From positions 26,783,504 to 26,847,503 of the forward strand of contig OZ037765.1 in NCBI GenBank assembly GCA_964035545.1: DNA of 64,000 nt, given 5' to 3'. The translations under genes and the position numbers were made by a program. This stretch comes from Bugula neritina (Eukaryota > Animalia > Bryozoa). A model generated the notes under the pieces. That model made no database searches and was not told the origin of the DNA. It was given only the letters and a program-made list of their open reading frames with translations. This document shows, piece after piece, positions 46,551 to 60,900 of this stretch (positions within the stretch are counted from its first letter, which is position 1; each line of letters starts with the position of its first letter).

Positions 46551-49172
46551 TTAGGCAGAAACCACAGGTGGCTGGGCTACAGTCTCCTCTTCTGACTGAC
46601 TGATAACTGTTGCGACAGCAGCTTTAGCCAAGTACGTTCTCTGCTCTTCCTCTATCAGCAGACTCAGTTTCTCTTTATCTTGCCCATTGATCAGAGCATA
46701 CTTTTCCAACTCATCTGCTATTGCAACAGCCGTATCCTCATCAAGCAGTTCTGTTGTGAGCTGCCTATTCATTTTATCATCAAACTTCAATGTCAAAGTC
46801 ATAGTAATAGCACCTTCTGCATTCTTTTCAAACTGACACTCCATGCTGATAATACTGCGCTGCTCCACCTCATTTGGCTCTGGCAACTCGGATTTCTCAG
46901 AATTATCTACTTGGTCAGGTGAGACGGCACGAGGTCTTGTAGGCTCTCGGCTCATCTTGGATCTACTCTCACCTCTGGAAAGTATTGGATAGACACCATT
47001 CTTCACGTCCTCCACAAACTTCTCCAGTTCTAACGCAGCAGGTACTTGAGAAAACAACCAGTTGACTGGCTCCCTTCCATCTAAAAATGCAACCCAATAA
47101 CAAATCTAAACACCAGCTAATCTGTTGTTTAAAACTGATTATATAATAATAGTGATGGGAAATTACACTAATGCTATAAAAATGAGGATACAAATTAATT
47201 ATGACAATATTTCAACAAATACAAAGTGTTTAATTAAATGCACTGGTAATTGCATAAAAATATGTTTAAATCTATCTAAACAAACAGCAACATGTAGTCT
47301 TTTTTCTTACACATATATGTGTGAATAATGATTGCACTATTTTAAAATTTTCTTGTGCATATGACTTGAATAAAAAAAACTTGAGCTTTTTTATATGACT
47401 TGAATGAATTTGTTAATTTTCTTCACTAAACACAGCGTTCTAATTGAATACTGTCCGATCTGTATAGCATGGCAACACCTTTCATGGTCAAAAGCACCGT
47501 AAAGTGACAGAAAAGCTAATAAACTATTACAGTTTATTACTCCTATCCTATATAAGATCTCATCTAAATGAGCTAACAAGTTCTCCTTTAAACACATGTT
47601 TCAGCCAATAGGTCAGTTCTAGTGAACCAAAGGTAGAGAGTTATTGAACCCTATGACCTTTTAGAGCTATGATGTGACCCAGTCATTGACTAGCATTTTA
47701 ATATATCCCTGAGTTGATGGAAAGCAGGATTTGAATGTTTAGATTTCAAAAAGTATCTAGAAAACTAAAATTAGCTCCAGAATTTCCTTATTAGCTCATT
47801 CTCAAGCTAACAACTTTTTATTTTAGTCTTCTCCAATACCAACAATACAAAGCAAATTAACCAGCTCCATAGAGTTTAAACCTTCTAACATCTTTTTATT
47901 TATTGTTCTTCTGGATAAAATTTAAATTTTATAAAAGGAAAATATTTTCCCCAGAAGCAGAATAGCTGTGACCTTATATTAATCTATATATGCAACGCTA
48001 AAAAGACCTACAGAAAAGTGGCCTTAAAGATATGATGGAACAAACAATGGTCGATGCAAAAATAGTAATAGTATAGATGTAGCACCATGTAACTCACCTG
48101 TATGCTTGATCTGAGCAATGACTGCGCTAGGCACCACTCTCATAGACTGCTGCAATTCTTCCCGAATATTCTCATTTGGTATTTTACTCAAGTATTGCAC
48201 AAAGCTGTGAGCTGCAACTAACTTAAGAGCATGAATCTCAAACAGTGCAGGATGAAATAAAAGTTTTCTGGCGGTTGGACGAGACGAAGGATCTTTGTTT
48301 AAACAAACGGTGACAAATTGTTTGAGAAGTGGATCTTCAATACTATCAACTGCTTTTTGGATATTCTCAAGATGCACTGGCGCTTCCTTACTATCAGCGG
48401 ACAAAGGAAGTACTTTGGTGATCATACCCAAGGCACAAATTCCGAAAGAGTATATATCAACGGCAGCGCTGACTTGACTTGGCGTTTCATACTCTGGAGC
48501 AATATAGTGCATGTTTTTCATCTGCATTGTACATGTGCGAACATGATTATGAATCGCATCTGGAGCTACAGAACTAATTTTTATAAGTCCATTGTGTTGA
48601 AGAAAAATCATATCTAACGTAAGGTTACCGTGTATAATAGGTGGGTCACAACCGTGCAAATAACTTAGCGCAGAAAGAATTTGCGTGGTCCAGCGCTTCC
48701 AGGTTTTTATGGAGCGCTTTGGAGCTTTAATCAGAAAGTTCTTTAGAGAACCCGAAGACATGTACTCTGTTATGAATATTATTCTAGGATTAGGCGATTT
48801 ATTATCAAACCAGTACTTGTGAAGTTTGGCAATGTTAGCATGTTCTAAATTGATGAGGTTATCGAAAACTTGCTTGATTTGCTCCTGCTTTGCATTAAGC
48901 TTCTTCTTTTCAGAAAACTGCACCTCATTCCATACAACTTCAACGCCTTCTTCAGTGTCCATAGCTAGAAATGCTTGGTCTATTCCGGGAACTTCTTGTT
49001 GCTGCACACCTTCTTTTCTTTTTTGCCACCTTCCACATGGGGATTCTTCTAAAATCATCTCATCATCGCTTTCGCTATCATGCTCATTTTCATTTGTGTC
49101 ATCAGCTGCAACCTGTGGCTGTTGCTCAACCTCAGCAATATGACTTTCTTTTTGCTTTTCTTCTGACATCAT
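46551..49172 (-). CDS. NRBP: Nuclear receptor-binding protein (NRBP/MADM pseudokinase); exons 49172-48098 and 47080-46551
   Basis: ILEESPCGRWQKR, AMDTEEGVEVVWNEV, IFITEYMSSGSL, PPIIHGNL (no catalytic Asp), SVAPD in place of DFG, LELEKFVEDVKNGVYP and DDKMNRQL. Confidence 0.95.
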
Positions 49173-49759
49173 AAATGCTGCAACAGTGTTTAACAGCAAT
49201 AAGAATAGGCATTGTAGTAAACAGAGCATTTGTACTGTCTCAAACTTCAGCTACTGGGCCAAACTTGAAAGTTATTCACCTATTTTAATTCTTTACTCAT
49301 TAACTTTTAGACTTAAACTTCAAGTTTGTAGCTGCAATTCAAATTGATATTGTATACAATCATAAACTCATTAACGACTCTGGTGCACAACATAAATATA
49401 CAAGAATAACCTAATTATAAATATAAGTGTTACTCATAGTCAATGCCATAGTAATACTAATAGTAATACTGATAATCAATCATTCAATGTCATAGTCATA
49501 CAGTACTACTCATACTGATAGTCATACTCATAATGATACTGTTAACAGTTAAGAATAACTATAACTATAAGTGTTACTGCTAGTGTTACAGTGCTAGACT
49601 TGGAGTTAGTAACTCACAGTCACTTAGACTCAGACTGAGACTTACTCTTACTCTTAGTCTTAGGGTAAGTGTTAGGATGAAGATGTATCTTAAATACTAC
49701 TTCAATTTGACACTGCACTTTGAACGCAATACTTACTTTTAATAATATATTTTATAACA

Positions 49760-50060
49760 ATAGTGCTACAATCACAGCGCCGTTTGACATGACTATATGG
49801 CTACCATCGTTAAACATACTATCTTTATATTCACCGTTATTATTCAGAGCTTCACTTCCATTTTGATCTTAGTCCTAAAATTGAATTCTGTCTGTTAGTA
49901 CAGCTTTAGTGGGTAGGTACGTATAACCTTCCGATAACTGTAAGCTAAGCGTAAAACCTCGCTTTTACTATACGATGAGCGCTCCAAATATGGGACATCA
50001 TGCCCTTTAACCTTTTGCTAGTTGGTTTTCTTGTAGTTGTGGTGTTCGATTTACTACAAA
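49760..50060. promoter_or_regulatory. Candidate bidirectional promoter for NRBP and Ku70
   Basis: Complex, relatively CG-containing segment between head-to-head genes, flanked on both sides by simple-sequence tracts. No transcription start evidence. Confidence 0.3.
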
Positions 50061-50179
50061 ATTTCGGTTTGTAGCATATCACTAGAAGTAAAACTAATTT
50101 TTTAATCATTAATTAAAATGAAAGCATTTTGCCTTAAAGTTATAAATTACTTTCCAACAATAATGTTAATTGCAATATG

Positions 50180-50860
50180 AATATCAATATGTTATTAATA
50201 CTATCAAGTATTAACTATTAGTATTAGTATTACTAATTAAGTATTATTTATTTAATAGAATTTACAATTACTGAATTAGTATTACTATTACATTATCATT
50301 ATGATTATGAATAAGTAATACTAATAGTAGTACTAATAGTAATACTAATAGTAAAAGTAATACTTATACTCATAACCATAATGATAATGGTAATTATGGT
50401 TATTTTCACTTTTTTGTAATAAATTTGAATTTTAAATAATATATTATGATTGATTTTGTAATTATACTTTTATAGCAATAATTTTATAATAATAATGATT
50501 ACAAATACAATGATATTGATATAAAGCTAAAAATTAAAAATAAAACTGGTGATGATATTGATTATCATTATTAATATCATCATGATGATGTAGTCATATT
50601 GTGATTGTTATTGTATAGTATTACTATTACTATTAGTATTAATAATCACTATTACTAGAAGTATACATATTAGTATAAGTTTGTCGCATTTACTTATTAA
50701 ATTATTTAAAAAACTCAAAAATACCGCTGCAGTTACACTCACTTATACTTATACTTATATTTATAGTTACTTACTTGTAGTTATACTTATACAGTATAAC
50801 TTATAGTAATAGTAATACTAATAGTAATAGTTATATCTACTTAGTACTTATCTTTTTGCT
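50180..50860. repeat. Cryptic simple-sequence tract with 3/6-nt periodicity upstream of the Ku70 start codon
   Basis: GTAATACTAATAGTAGTACTAATAGTAATACTAATAG and ACTTATACTTATACTTAT. Confidence 0.65.
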
Positions 50861-51383
50861 GTGGTGACTACTGTTACTGAATGAAATTAAATGCTTTATG
50901 AGGAAGCTTAGGCCAATAAAATAGTTATAAAAAACTATACATGCTAAACTCACTATCAATGTCATACCAAAACTTTCACTGTTCAGTTGGCACTTTGCGC
51001 TAATGATAATAATAATATGGGCTAGTGATCTGGTTTAATTATATTATTTGATGTGGACATTTGTAGACCATATATTACATACAATATGAGTATGTAAAGG
51101 CCTATAGTTAAATTGTTGGTGTTCACATTGTCCACATATAAGCTTTAAGAAGAAAAGTGCTGTAACATCGTATAATACAGTTAACAACTAGTCTCATAAG
51201 CTGAGATAAAATTAGCAATGAGTAATATCTAAGAGGGTGGCAGCAGAGTGTGCATTTGTTTATGAACTGAGATATTAAAACATCAATACTGGGCGAAAAC
51301 ATCACCGTCTTGCATAATTGAGTGACTAGTGAATGATGTTATAATTTTCAATTCTGGATTTTATTAGATAAGCATTACTGGCA

Positions 51384-54300
51384 ATGGATTTTGATGACTA
51401 CGGTTGGACAGCTCTGGCCATCGACGGAGATGAAGAATCAGATGAAGCTGCCAAAGGTGCTTCTGTAAGTCTGATTATGTTATACATGCAGCACTTGGAA
51501 TAGCGAAAATACGTGATTTTACTCCATATGCATACGTATACAATTTAATTGTATACATGTATACTATTGTAACATTAACTTTGACCTTGTAGTATACTCA
51601 ACAGACCGGTGTAATGTTTGTTGTTGACTGTGGATCACCTATGTTTGTGAAGCATGAAGATGAGGCTAGTCATTTTGAGAAATGTCTAAAGTGTATCCGT
51701 CAAATATGCCAGAAAAAAGTAATTACTAATGAGAAAGATATGCTTGCTGTAGTATTCTATGGGGTGGTAAGTGCACTAATTTAGAATCTACTTTCTCGCT
51801 GTATAGAGATAATGCTGCTAACACAATTCATAGTGTCTGTAGAATAGTGAACAGGAAATGCAGTGTGTTAGATATCCATGCTATTTGTAGTTTATTATAT
51901 TATTATCATTAGCATATATTTACCAGGCATTATATAGGAGTTGTCTCAAATTGAAATATTGACATTTCACAATAATATGATATCAGGTCTACACAGTTTT
52001 AGTAGGATAGCCGTGTAATTATGTTGAAAGTTAAAGCAAACCAACCGATTCAAGTATATTAAACATACTAGTTTTACTAATATGTTTGTTATGTAATGGC
52101 AGGCTGCATTTTGATGCTTCTAATGTCTGTCCTCAGTAATATTGGGATAAATCGTGAACAATGTTTAGAAATGATTCAATGTCTGGTATAATAAATAAAG
52201 TATAAACCTGAAGTTAATTTTGCATCTAATAGTGTCAAACTGCAGTGCAGAATATCCCATTATAATAAGGATACATTCTACGCTGTTAGATATCTGTGTG
52301 ATGTATGGTTTGGGTTTTACTACAAACAAAAATATTTTTAATGTAACCCAATTTTGATTGTGGATCTATTTTATACCTTCTATTGGCTTCATAGCTTAAT
52401 ATAAGAGACAAGGGCATTTAATTTAATGTGTTCCTAAATATTTAGGATTTATTTACAGTGAGTGATTTGTATTTTATCTAGAACAAGTCAAGCGTTCCTG
52501 ATGGTAAAGCTATATACATTTATCAGGTAAGAACTACCAACGTTTGATTCGTTGTTATTTAATTTGCTTGAATAATTTATGTAAAAATAATCATAACACA
52601 GATAATAACCCAACCATGAATATTTTTCGCCATATTCAAATTATTTACCATTCAATGTAAGCTTTATTTTTTCCAAAAATTTATATGATATTCTGTTGAA
52701 ACAAATTTGCTGCCTATGATTGTGGTAGGCTGCAATGCTGGTGATTTGACATTGTTTTAAATACAGGATTTGGCACAGCTTAACATTCAGAGGATCACAG
52801 ACCTTGAAAGTTTGCTGGAAGGTGAGTTGTTATGGTGTCTAACTTTCTTCATCAAATCTAACCTCCAGGAAATTGAAAAGATCTTTTGCTTGTTTGAAAA
52901 GTACTGTTTGTAAAACTACATTGTTGAGCTGTTATTTTCATTTAAGAAGCTTTTTGAAGTAGCTTATTTTTTCTTTCTTGATTGTTAGGGTAAGATCAGT
53001 GTTTGCATTGAATGCTCGTAGTAAAAAAAATTTTCTACTATCTTGTTTTAATTTATTACCGGTATGTTGAATTTTATAGAGAAATGATAACATTTCTTGC
53101 ATTTTAGACCCAAATAGTTTTGTATCTGAATATGGTTATTCTGATAACTACGATATAAGTGAAGTTCTTTGGGCTTGCTCTAACACCTTTGCAAAAAGGT
53201 AAGGGTGGCTAATTTGTGTTGTCATGTAATCTTTTTTATAATTTAAAATGTTGAATATAGGTTCAGCTTCAAGCACATTAGATAATAGCAGTATTGTGAA
53301 TAACTAGCTGGCAAAAAATATCAATATACTGTCTTAATTTATTTTATTTAAAAATCTACATTTTGCATTTGCTGAAAGAATTTTACTTTTGCATAGATAC
53401 CATTGAAGAATTACATTTGCTACACATAGGAATTATAAAGCAATCAAGAGCCACAAGAGTTTTGTTATTTGCTGACAATGTTGATTGTATTGATTTAGAC
53501 TTTTCAAACTTCTCCAACTCTTCAACCAAGCAATTGTGCATTTTGGTATAGCTATCTGTAAACAATTTGCCATTTTTTTTATAAATCCAATGAAATTCAA
53601 GACTTTGAGAACTAGCTATTAGTTTGCTATTTAGCATTTAGCATAATTATTTAATAGGTGATAACTAGAAATAGAATTAGAATTAAATGGTTTTAATTTT
53701 TCCAAACAGTTATGATAAAATTATTCATGTCGATGAAAATCTGTGCTAAATTCTGAGGGAAAATAAACTGAATGCTTTTTGTGCAAACTCATCTTGCACT
53801 CATTGCAATTAAATTTAGGAAACAAGAATTATGAACATTTGTATAAAATTGTATGAGGTAGGTTTTATGCTCAATGTGTAGTTTTATTCTTTTTGATTTT
53901 AGTAATAAAAGTTTCGGAGAGAAAAAAATTCTGTTGTTTACTTGTGATGACAATCCACACAAAGGGAACGAAGCCTTGAAGGTAGGAGTCAAATCAGATA
54001 GTATATTTTCACGTGTAATTTATTTTTAGAAGCACATCTTACATTTTTGGGTAGAAGTTGATATTTTCCAAAAATATGCAATGTGGGAGTTTCTATTCTG
54101 TGATAGTTTGATAATTATTAGCTGTACAGATCACAGCTTCTGAAAATGGTTATATGTTAAGCATAACTTCAGTGTCTTCTCGTCTTGGGAATTTTCAAGT
54201 GGTGACTTGTGTTTGCTCACCATTCAACTAGTGTGGGGTTCTGAAAACTTGACTTGTGAAACACCTTTTTCTGTTTGATTTATTAACTTCAGGGGGTATT

Positions 54301-57300
54301 TGAAATCACAAAAAAATAAAGTGGACAAGAAAGAAATAAAAAAACATTTGCATGTTTCAACTTGATGATCGATAGTTTGACACTCAAAAGAGAATATAAA
54401 TGTTTCAAACACTTAGTGATTTTGGTCAACTCAAAGATTTACATTTTGGAGTTGCTTTCCAGTAATAAATGCTACATCTAGAATTCCATGAACACTCAAG
54501 TTTGAATTTGGGGAATTTTTAAATATGTCTTGATACAAGCTATCTAAGGACTCCCAAGCTTTGAGCCACAGGCTTTCGTTTATATCAGCCATAGTGAAAT
54601 AATATCCATTCATAAGTATAATTCCAGCGTCCTATAACTCAATCTGTATATTTATGTGTGGGTATGAGTGTGCAGGCGTGGGTGTGCAGGCGTGGGTGTG
54701 CTTGTTGAATATATAATAATTGTATACAGATATGTATTTGTTGTTCACTCATACTTGCGTTAGTTTTGTTAGTTTCTATGTGATTGTGTTTTACAAATTT
54801 TTGAAGAAAAAAGCCATAGCTAAAGCTACTGATTTAAAATCAATGAACATAGACCTGGAGCTGTTGGCGTTGAATGTGAGAGATGAGAAGGCAACTTTCA
54901 ACATGGACTTGTTTTACAAAGACCTGCTGTTCCTCGGAGACGAGAATAGCTTAGCCAGCTATCCAGATCCTAGTGAAAAATTTGAAGATCTTCTATCTAC
55001 GTAAATATAATAATAATTATTTCTTGGACATCGTAGTTTGTGTGCAATAATTAAAAAAGTATATTTTCAATAATCATGCTTATATTTTTAGAACAATTTT
55101 GGAGGCTTAGAAATTGTTTGGTAGAATCTAAATGCATGTATATAAGAAGCTGGTGTTGCTTTGTATGTTATAGGGTGTATCGTAAAGAACACAAAAGACG
55201 AGCTCTGGGCAGAATTCCCTTCAAAATTGGGAATAACATTGAGTTCTCAGTGGGAGTGTAAGTTTAGAAAATTGTCTATAGAGCTGATGATTCAAAGTAG
55301 GCATTCCTGCTATAAAATTGCTGAATTCACGAAATTTAATTGTTGATAATTATATTATTTACATAATTTAATTATGAATAGTCGTATTTAAATTTTTTTA
55401 TGCAGATACTGCTTATGTCGGAAAGCAGTTATCCCTCCTTCTGTGAAGATACATTCAGCCACGAATTCTGAAGTGCGTTCACAATCAAGAGTGTTTAATG
55501 CTGCTACTGGAGAAGATGTCATGCCTCAAGACATCAAGTCCTACCAACAGTACGCTAATAAGAGGATATGCTTCGATGCTGAAGAAGCAACAGACTATAA
55601 GAAATTCAATATTTCAGGTAAGAAGGCATTAATTTTTGTCTGACTGATTATTATTTATGTTATTGTTTATTATTTTTTGAGGCTTTTAGAAATAGAAAAT
55701 TTCATTGTAATATTTTATTAAATTATCTTTAAATTTATCAACTTCTCGTGAACTTTTAGGACTGAAACTGAAAGGATTCATTAAGAAGGCGGAAGTAAAG
55801 TTGCACCTTCACGTCAAGCCTTCGCACTTTATCTACCCTGATGAATCCGTGAGTTAAATTTATTTTCTGAACTTCCATGAGTCCCCATATTAAGCTTTAC
55901 CCGTTGTTTTTTGCTGAACATCTTTTCTTGTAAAATTTAATTATGAAATAATTGTAAATGTTTTGCGTCCCAATACACAGAAGTTTTGTGAGGTCATTTT
56001 AGTGTTGATGAATAACCTTCTTGCAAATGTTGCATAATGTAGTATATAAGTATACAGAGTAACTTTATGATTGACTAAAAGTCATCACGTATTGGCAGGT
56101 TGTAAAAGGAAGTTCCACACTGTTCTCGGCGCTGCTATCTCGTTGCGGTGCAAGAGATATGGTGGCCGTGTGTCACTATGTGCCACGTACTAACAGCAAC
56201 CTAGAGCTGGTCTACCTGCTACCTCAGTTGGAGGAGAAAGACGAAGCCAACAACCAAGTTACTCCACCAGGTTTCCATGTTGTCTTCTGTCCTTTCAAGG
56301 AAGACATGCGAGATCTCGGTGCTGTCGATCACTCGGCATCTGGTAAATGTTCAGTTGCATCATCATCATTAAATAATCTAGCAGTAGTATTGGGGGGGGG
56401 GTTAGTTTAGCCCCCAACTACTATGTATTTCTGTATAGACAAGGCTTTAATTTGTGACAAAAATGTGTACAAAAATTGCAAACATTGTCATGTTATGTTT
56501 AAAATACTCGCAGTTTATCTTTTGTTTAGTAATGTTGTATATTTTGCAAAAACCATTGGTGTGAGTTAATATATAACAGAGTGATAAGTTATTATTAGTG
56601 CCATGGTAAACTATATCTGTCACCAAGACATTTTATGAGATTAAGAATCATGGTGTTTGTGAAACAGTTTTTCATGTGATTGAAAGGCCACAAAAACAAT
56701 GTAGAATGTTTTGAGATTCACCTTTTTATGAATTCCTGGTGTATTAAGAGTTAATATATTTTTTAACCAAAACTAACATGTTTATAGTTATAGGGTACCA
56801 GTATATATATATTTCTTGTATTCAAACTGTTCAAGTGTTGTGGGAAGTGCTGGCTTGTGCAAATATGCCATGTCCTGTATTTACAGCAAATACAGATCAA
56901 GTAGAGAAATGCAAAGCATTAATTGAAAAGCTATCATTTCCATATCAAACATCAATGTTTGAGAATCCATCACTTCAGAAGTTCTACTCTAACCTTGAAG
57001 CCATGGCACTCAGCAAAGACGAGCCTGAGGAGGTGACAGATTATACTGGTAACAGATCATCAGCCTTAAGTCTTTACAAAGTGCTATTAGTTTCAGTATT
57101 CAGTTGCTCTATTTATGTGCAGATGATGTGAATTTTCAATCAAATGAAAGCTATATTTGACAATAAAAGTACATTATATGTATTTAATATTATTAGGTCA
57201 ATTTGTTTGTTTTATTTTCAGCCCCAAATACTAGAAAAATTGAGAAAAAAGCTGGGGCAGAGTTAGAAGCATTTTCAAAAAGTGTTTTTTCCGAGTCTAC

Positions 57301-57800
57301 TAAAAGACCAGCACCTGCAAGTAGTACTGCTGGTGCCAAGAAAGCTAAAGTCGATAACACCGGCATAGACATCAAACAGCTTGCACTGACAGATGGAGTA
57401 AGTACTCAAATTGATTTCAAGTTTAATTGTTCATTTCTTGGTAATTTAGTTTAGACTTGTTACGCCTTGAAAATATTCATTCTGTAGCAATGGTGGACTT
57501 GAAGTAGCAGACCAACTATAAATATTGTTGTTAAACTATTAATCTATGGAGGTTTTAAGAAAATAAAGTGAGTTTAAATCACCAAGGAAATTTGCCAAAA
57601 TAAATTGAGAATGCTATGTTTGTAAAACTGGGTTTAACTAGCAAAGTTATGTGAATATATGATTTAAGTTGACTTTATTTCAGCTTGGCAAGTTAACGGT
57701 GGCAGATTTGAAAGGCTTTCTCAAAAGTGAGAATATCAAGAGCAAAAGTACCAAAAAGGCTGACATCATACAAGATATAAAGTCTCACTATGGTGTATAA
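51384..57800 (+). CDS. XRCC6: Ku70 (X-ray repair cross-complementing protein 6), multi-exon
   Basis: Acidic N-terminus, vWA domain (VMFVVDCGSPMF, DMLAVVFYG, SEVLWACSNTF, KKILLFTCDDNPH), HVKPSHFIYPDE, GSSTLFSALL, LLPQLEEKDE..QVTPPGFHVVFCPF, FENPSLQKFY and a C-terminal SAP domain LGKLTVADLKGFLK..KKADIIQ. TAA at 57798-57800. Confidence 0.95.
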
Positions 57801-57975
57801 AGTAAATTAGCTGAACTTTAGGATTATGTATATTTTGTATCACATTCCATAGATTTTTAAAACATGCTGTTATGTAAATAAATTAAATAAATCAAAATAT
57901 TACAATGCTTTATTAGTCAATTTGTTTCGTATTCTCAGGATTTGGTCAGGTATAATAATTGAACCTATTATGATG

Positions 57976-60900
57976 TCATAAAACCTTATCATGCTCGACG
58001 TCATCAGCAAGAGGTGAAGTGGGAGACCTTGGTGGAACTGATGGGGACAGTTTTATAGTCTTTTCATCACTTTTGGTCGCCTTGAGACTCCTGGAAGACT
58101 TTTTCTGTCTGTCTAAAGAAATTTCAAGTCTTTGCTTCACTGAAATTTTGCTGACGTTTGGTTTACTTTCTTCAGTATGGTGCTCATTGGTTGTTGAAGA
58201 GCTGACGCTGTATAAACTCTTCACATAAGGAGGAGTTAATTCCAATTCCAGAGAAGGAACTGAATCAGCTGATTCAGAAGTGTATGGTGATGCAGAAAGA
58301 GAAGGCGTTAGACTGGGTGTAATGGCTGGGCTTATCTGTCCAATAGAAGGTGAAGGAAGCTCAGTTAGGCGCGAATGACCTGAAATGTAGCTTGTCGCAT
58401 GTACTGGGATCTGCAGCCTTACATTTTTCTCTTGACGAGATCTAAAAATAGACAAGTAAAAATATAACTCACTTTCATGTGAAACCAAACTTATTTAAGC
58501 TCTACAAACTTTACCTACCTTAAGGGCATTTGACTTGTAAATCGGTAAAATTCACTCCCCAGCTCCCTTATTATTGGAACACTACAATGAAAAATGTTAT
58601 CAGAACAGAATATTTCATATGAAACTCACTTATGATGAAGAGCTGTATTATAGGCATACTACTTTATGTAATTGCTATGTATCACATATTTTGTAGATTC
58701 TATTTAATTTACAAAATCAACACTTGACGTAATAAAATGAAGCACTGATTATAAAACCATAAATTACGAAAGCTTTAAAGAATTTTATAGGTCAGTTGCC
58801 ATACGGAAAGCTGCTATTCTTAAAGACACTGACATTCTGTTACAAAATTTTATGTTTATACTGCTACTCAGTTAATACATTTTTTTACTTTTGACCAATA
58901 GAATAAGTTGATAGGTTGATGCTGCGTCTAAACTTTAATGATAAACTCACCTGTTTGCTTTCATAGGCCTCATTTTATTGCCTAAATTGGAAAGTCTTAG
59001 TGACACATGGTGCTCTGGTGTCTTGGGATGATCAACATTAGCTACAGGCTGCAGGTCACCCTCATCAGTAGGCAAAGGCTGTACATCTGGCTCTTCAGTT
59101 GGTGTGATTAATGCAAGCTGTGGTTTCTCCTCTTCATCCAAATCACCAACTGTTGCTTTTTTATTGAGCAGCTTCTTTATCCTCAACATGTTTATTATGT
59201 CAAACAGAGTTGCTTTCTTCTTTTTAGCTGGTCTCTTGGAATTTTCATCCTATAATAAAATATTCTCTCCATTATATATGAACTGAACTGGTAAGAAAAA
59301 TACTGCCACCACAAGCTTGAACACACCTTCTGTATACATGTCCCAAAAAACTCAGAAGAATGCAACTCTAATCTCACTCTTTGTCAACTTTAGTTTCAAC
59401 AATTTTTCATTATGTCTTATTCTTATATGCACTTAAATTAGTACTATGTTATGTATGTATTATCATCTAATGAATTAATTTAATATATGAATTAGCTGAG
59501 TAACTTTAGTCATATTTCACCATTTACTAGAGCGCTGCAAATGTTTAAATAAAATGCTTACCATGAGCAACTTCCTTCCCATAGCACTTGCAAATGTTTT
59601 CAACTTATTTCTAATTCCCTCATGGAAGCTATCTACAGCTGTGAGTGGAAGATTCTCACCAGGTACTAAGTACAGAATAGTCTCCTGTGGATCCTGCATA
59701 AATATAATTGAGTCAAATACTTCAATACGAAACGCCAAAGCTATAGCATGCCGAGTATACAGTCGCTCTGCTTTGTCAGCAGTTACAGTTACAAACATGA
59801 TATAGTTTCACTAAAGTGATTGCTGTCATTAATAATTATATGTAGTTACATGACAGTCTAGTCAGTAAAAGTTATAGTAATAGCATGTAATTCTAATCCG
59901 TCAGATCAAATTTTTGATGGCTTCCTTTTATCTCATTTTTTCACATTCTTGCAAATTCAACCTCTACAATCATTTCTTATTCAAACTTACATATATAAAG
60001 TGAACTGCTTTCAGAACTCTATCTAATCAAATTACTGATATCTTATGTTTTCATATTCTTGTGAAAATTCAACAAATTTTTTTTCCGTTTTTATGCTGTG
60101 AATCATTTTAAAAACTGGATCTGATATATTTTCAACTTACATTGAATTGCAAAACTCGAATTCGGTTAGGAATAAAAGTAGGTCCAACGAGCTCCAAGTC
60201 CGGACGAGCGTAAACTTTTACTCTGCCGTGTATAAGAAAGGCGTACTCAATATTATCATCAAGGTTGTAGATGGTTTGCTCATTAAGGTTCGGAATATAT
60301 CCATGTTCTAGAAACGCTTTTGCTGATTCTGTAGGAATGCTCTGAAATTCATAATCTTTGTGAATTAGTGCTGGGCTAGTTATGAAATAATTGGTAGCAA
60401 GTAAAATTAAGGCATGCTTGTACCTAGTCCATTTTTCTCAAATCTACCAGCAATTTCAACTCAATTATTAATCATTTTAGAATAACATTAGTTTTACTGA
60501 AAACTAAATTCAGCAACAATTACTTCAGCATTAATGCTAATTCAATGATGGAACTAGAATAAATTGTAGCATTTGATCAGTTTATGATAAATATTTAGTG
60601 AACCTGAAATTCTCTATGCTCTGTAAGTAAATGTAGGACAATTTTAATAGCACAGTTTTTCCAGAGTTTGAGTTTAACTTCAGGGTACATGTCAAAGGCT
60701 ATCTCAAGGTCAGTGATGTTCAGAAAGTAGAGTTGAACGGCGGTTTCAGCTGTAACACTGGTAGTTACGTGACTGTCCATTAGAGGCCCCATTTCTCCAA
60801 GAACTGCCCCAGCACCCAAATAATCTGTGTACCTACAGAAGAAAGAAACCAACTCAAGTATGCAAATACTATATGCATGTTTTTCGTTACTTTTTATATT

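Noticed and set aside
49173-49229. Signal-peptide-like N-terminus (MLCLLQCLFLLLLNTVAAF) on the NRBP ORF
   Set aside because: Most likely in-frame upstream intron or UTR sequence. NRBP is cytosolic, and the downstream ATG at 49172 fits the family start.
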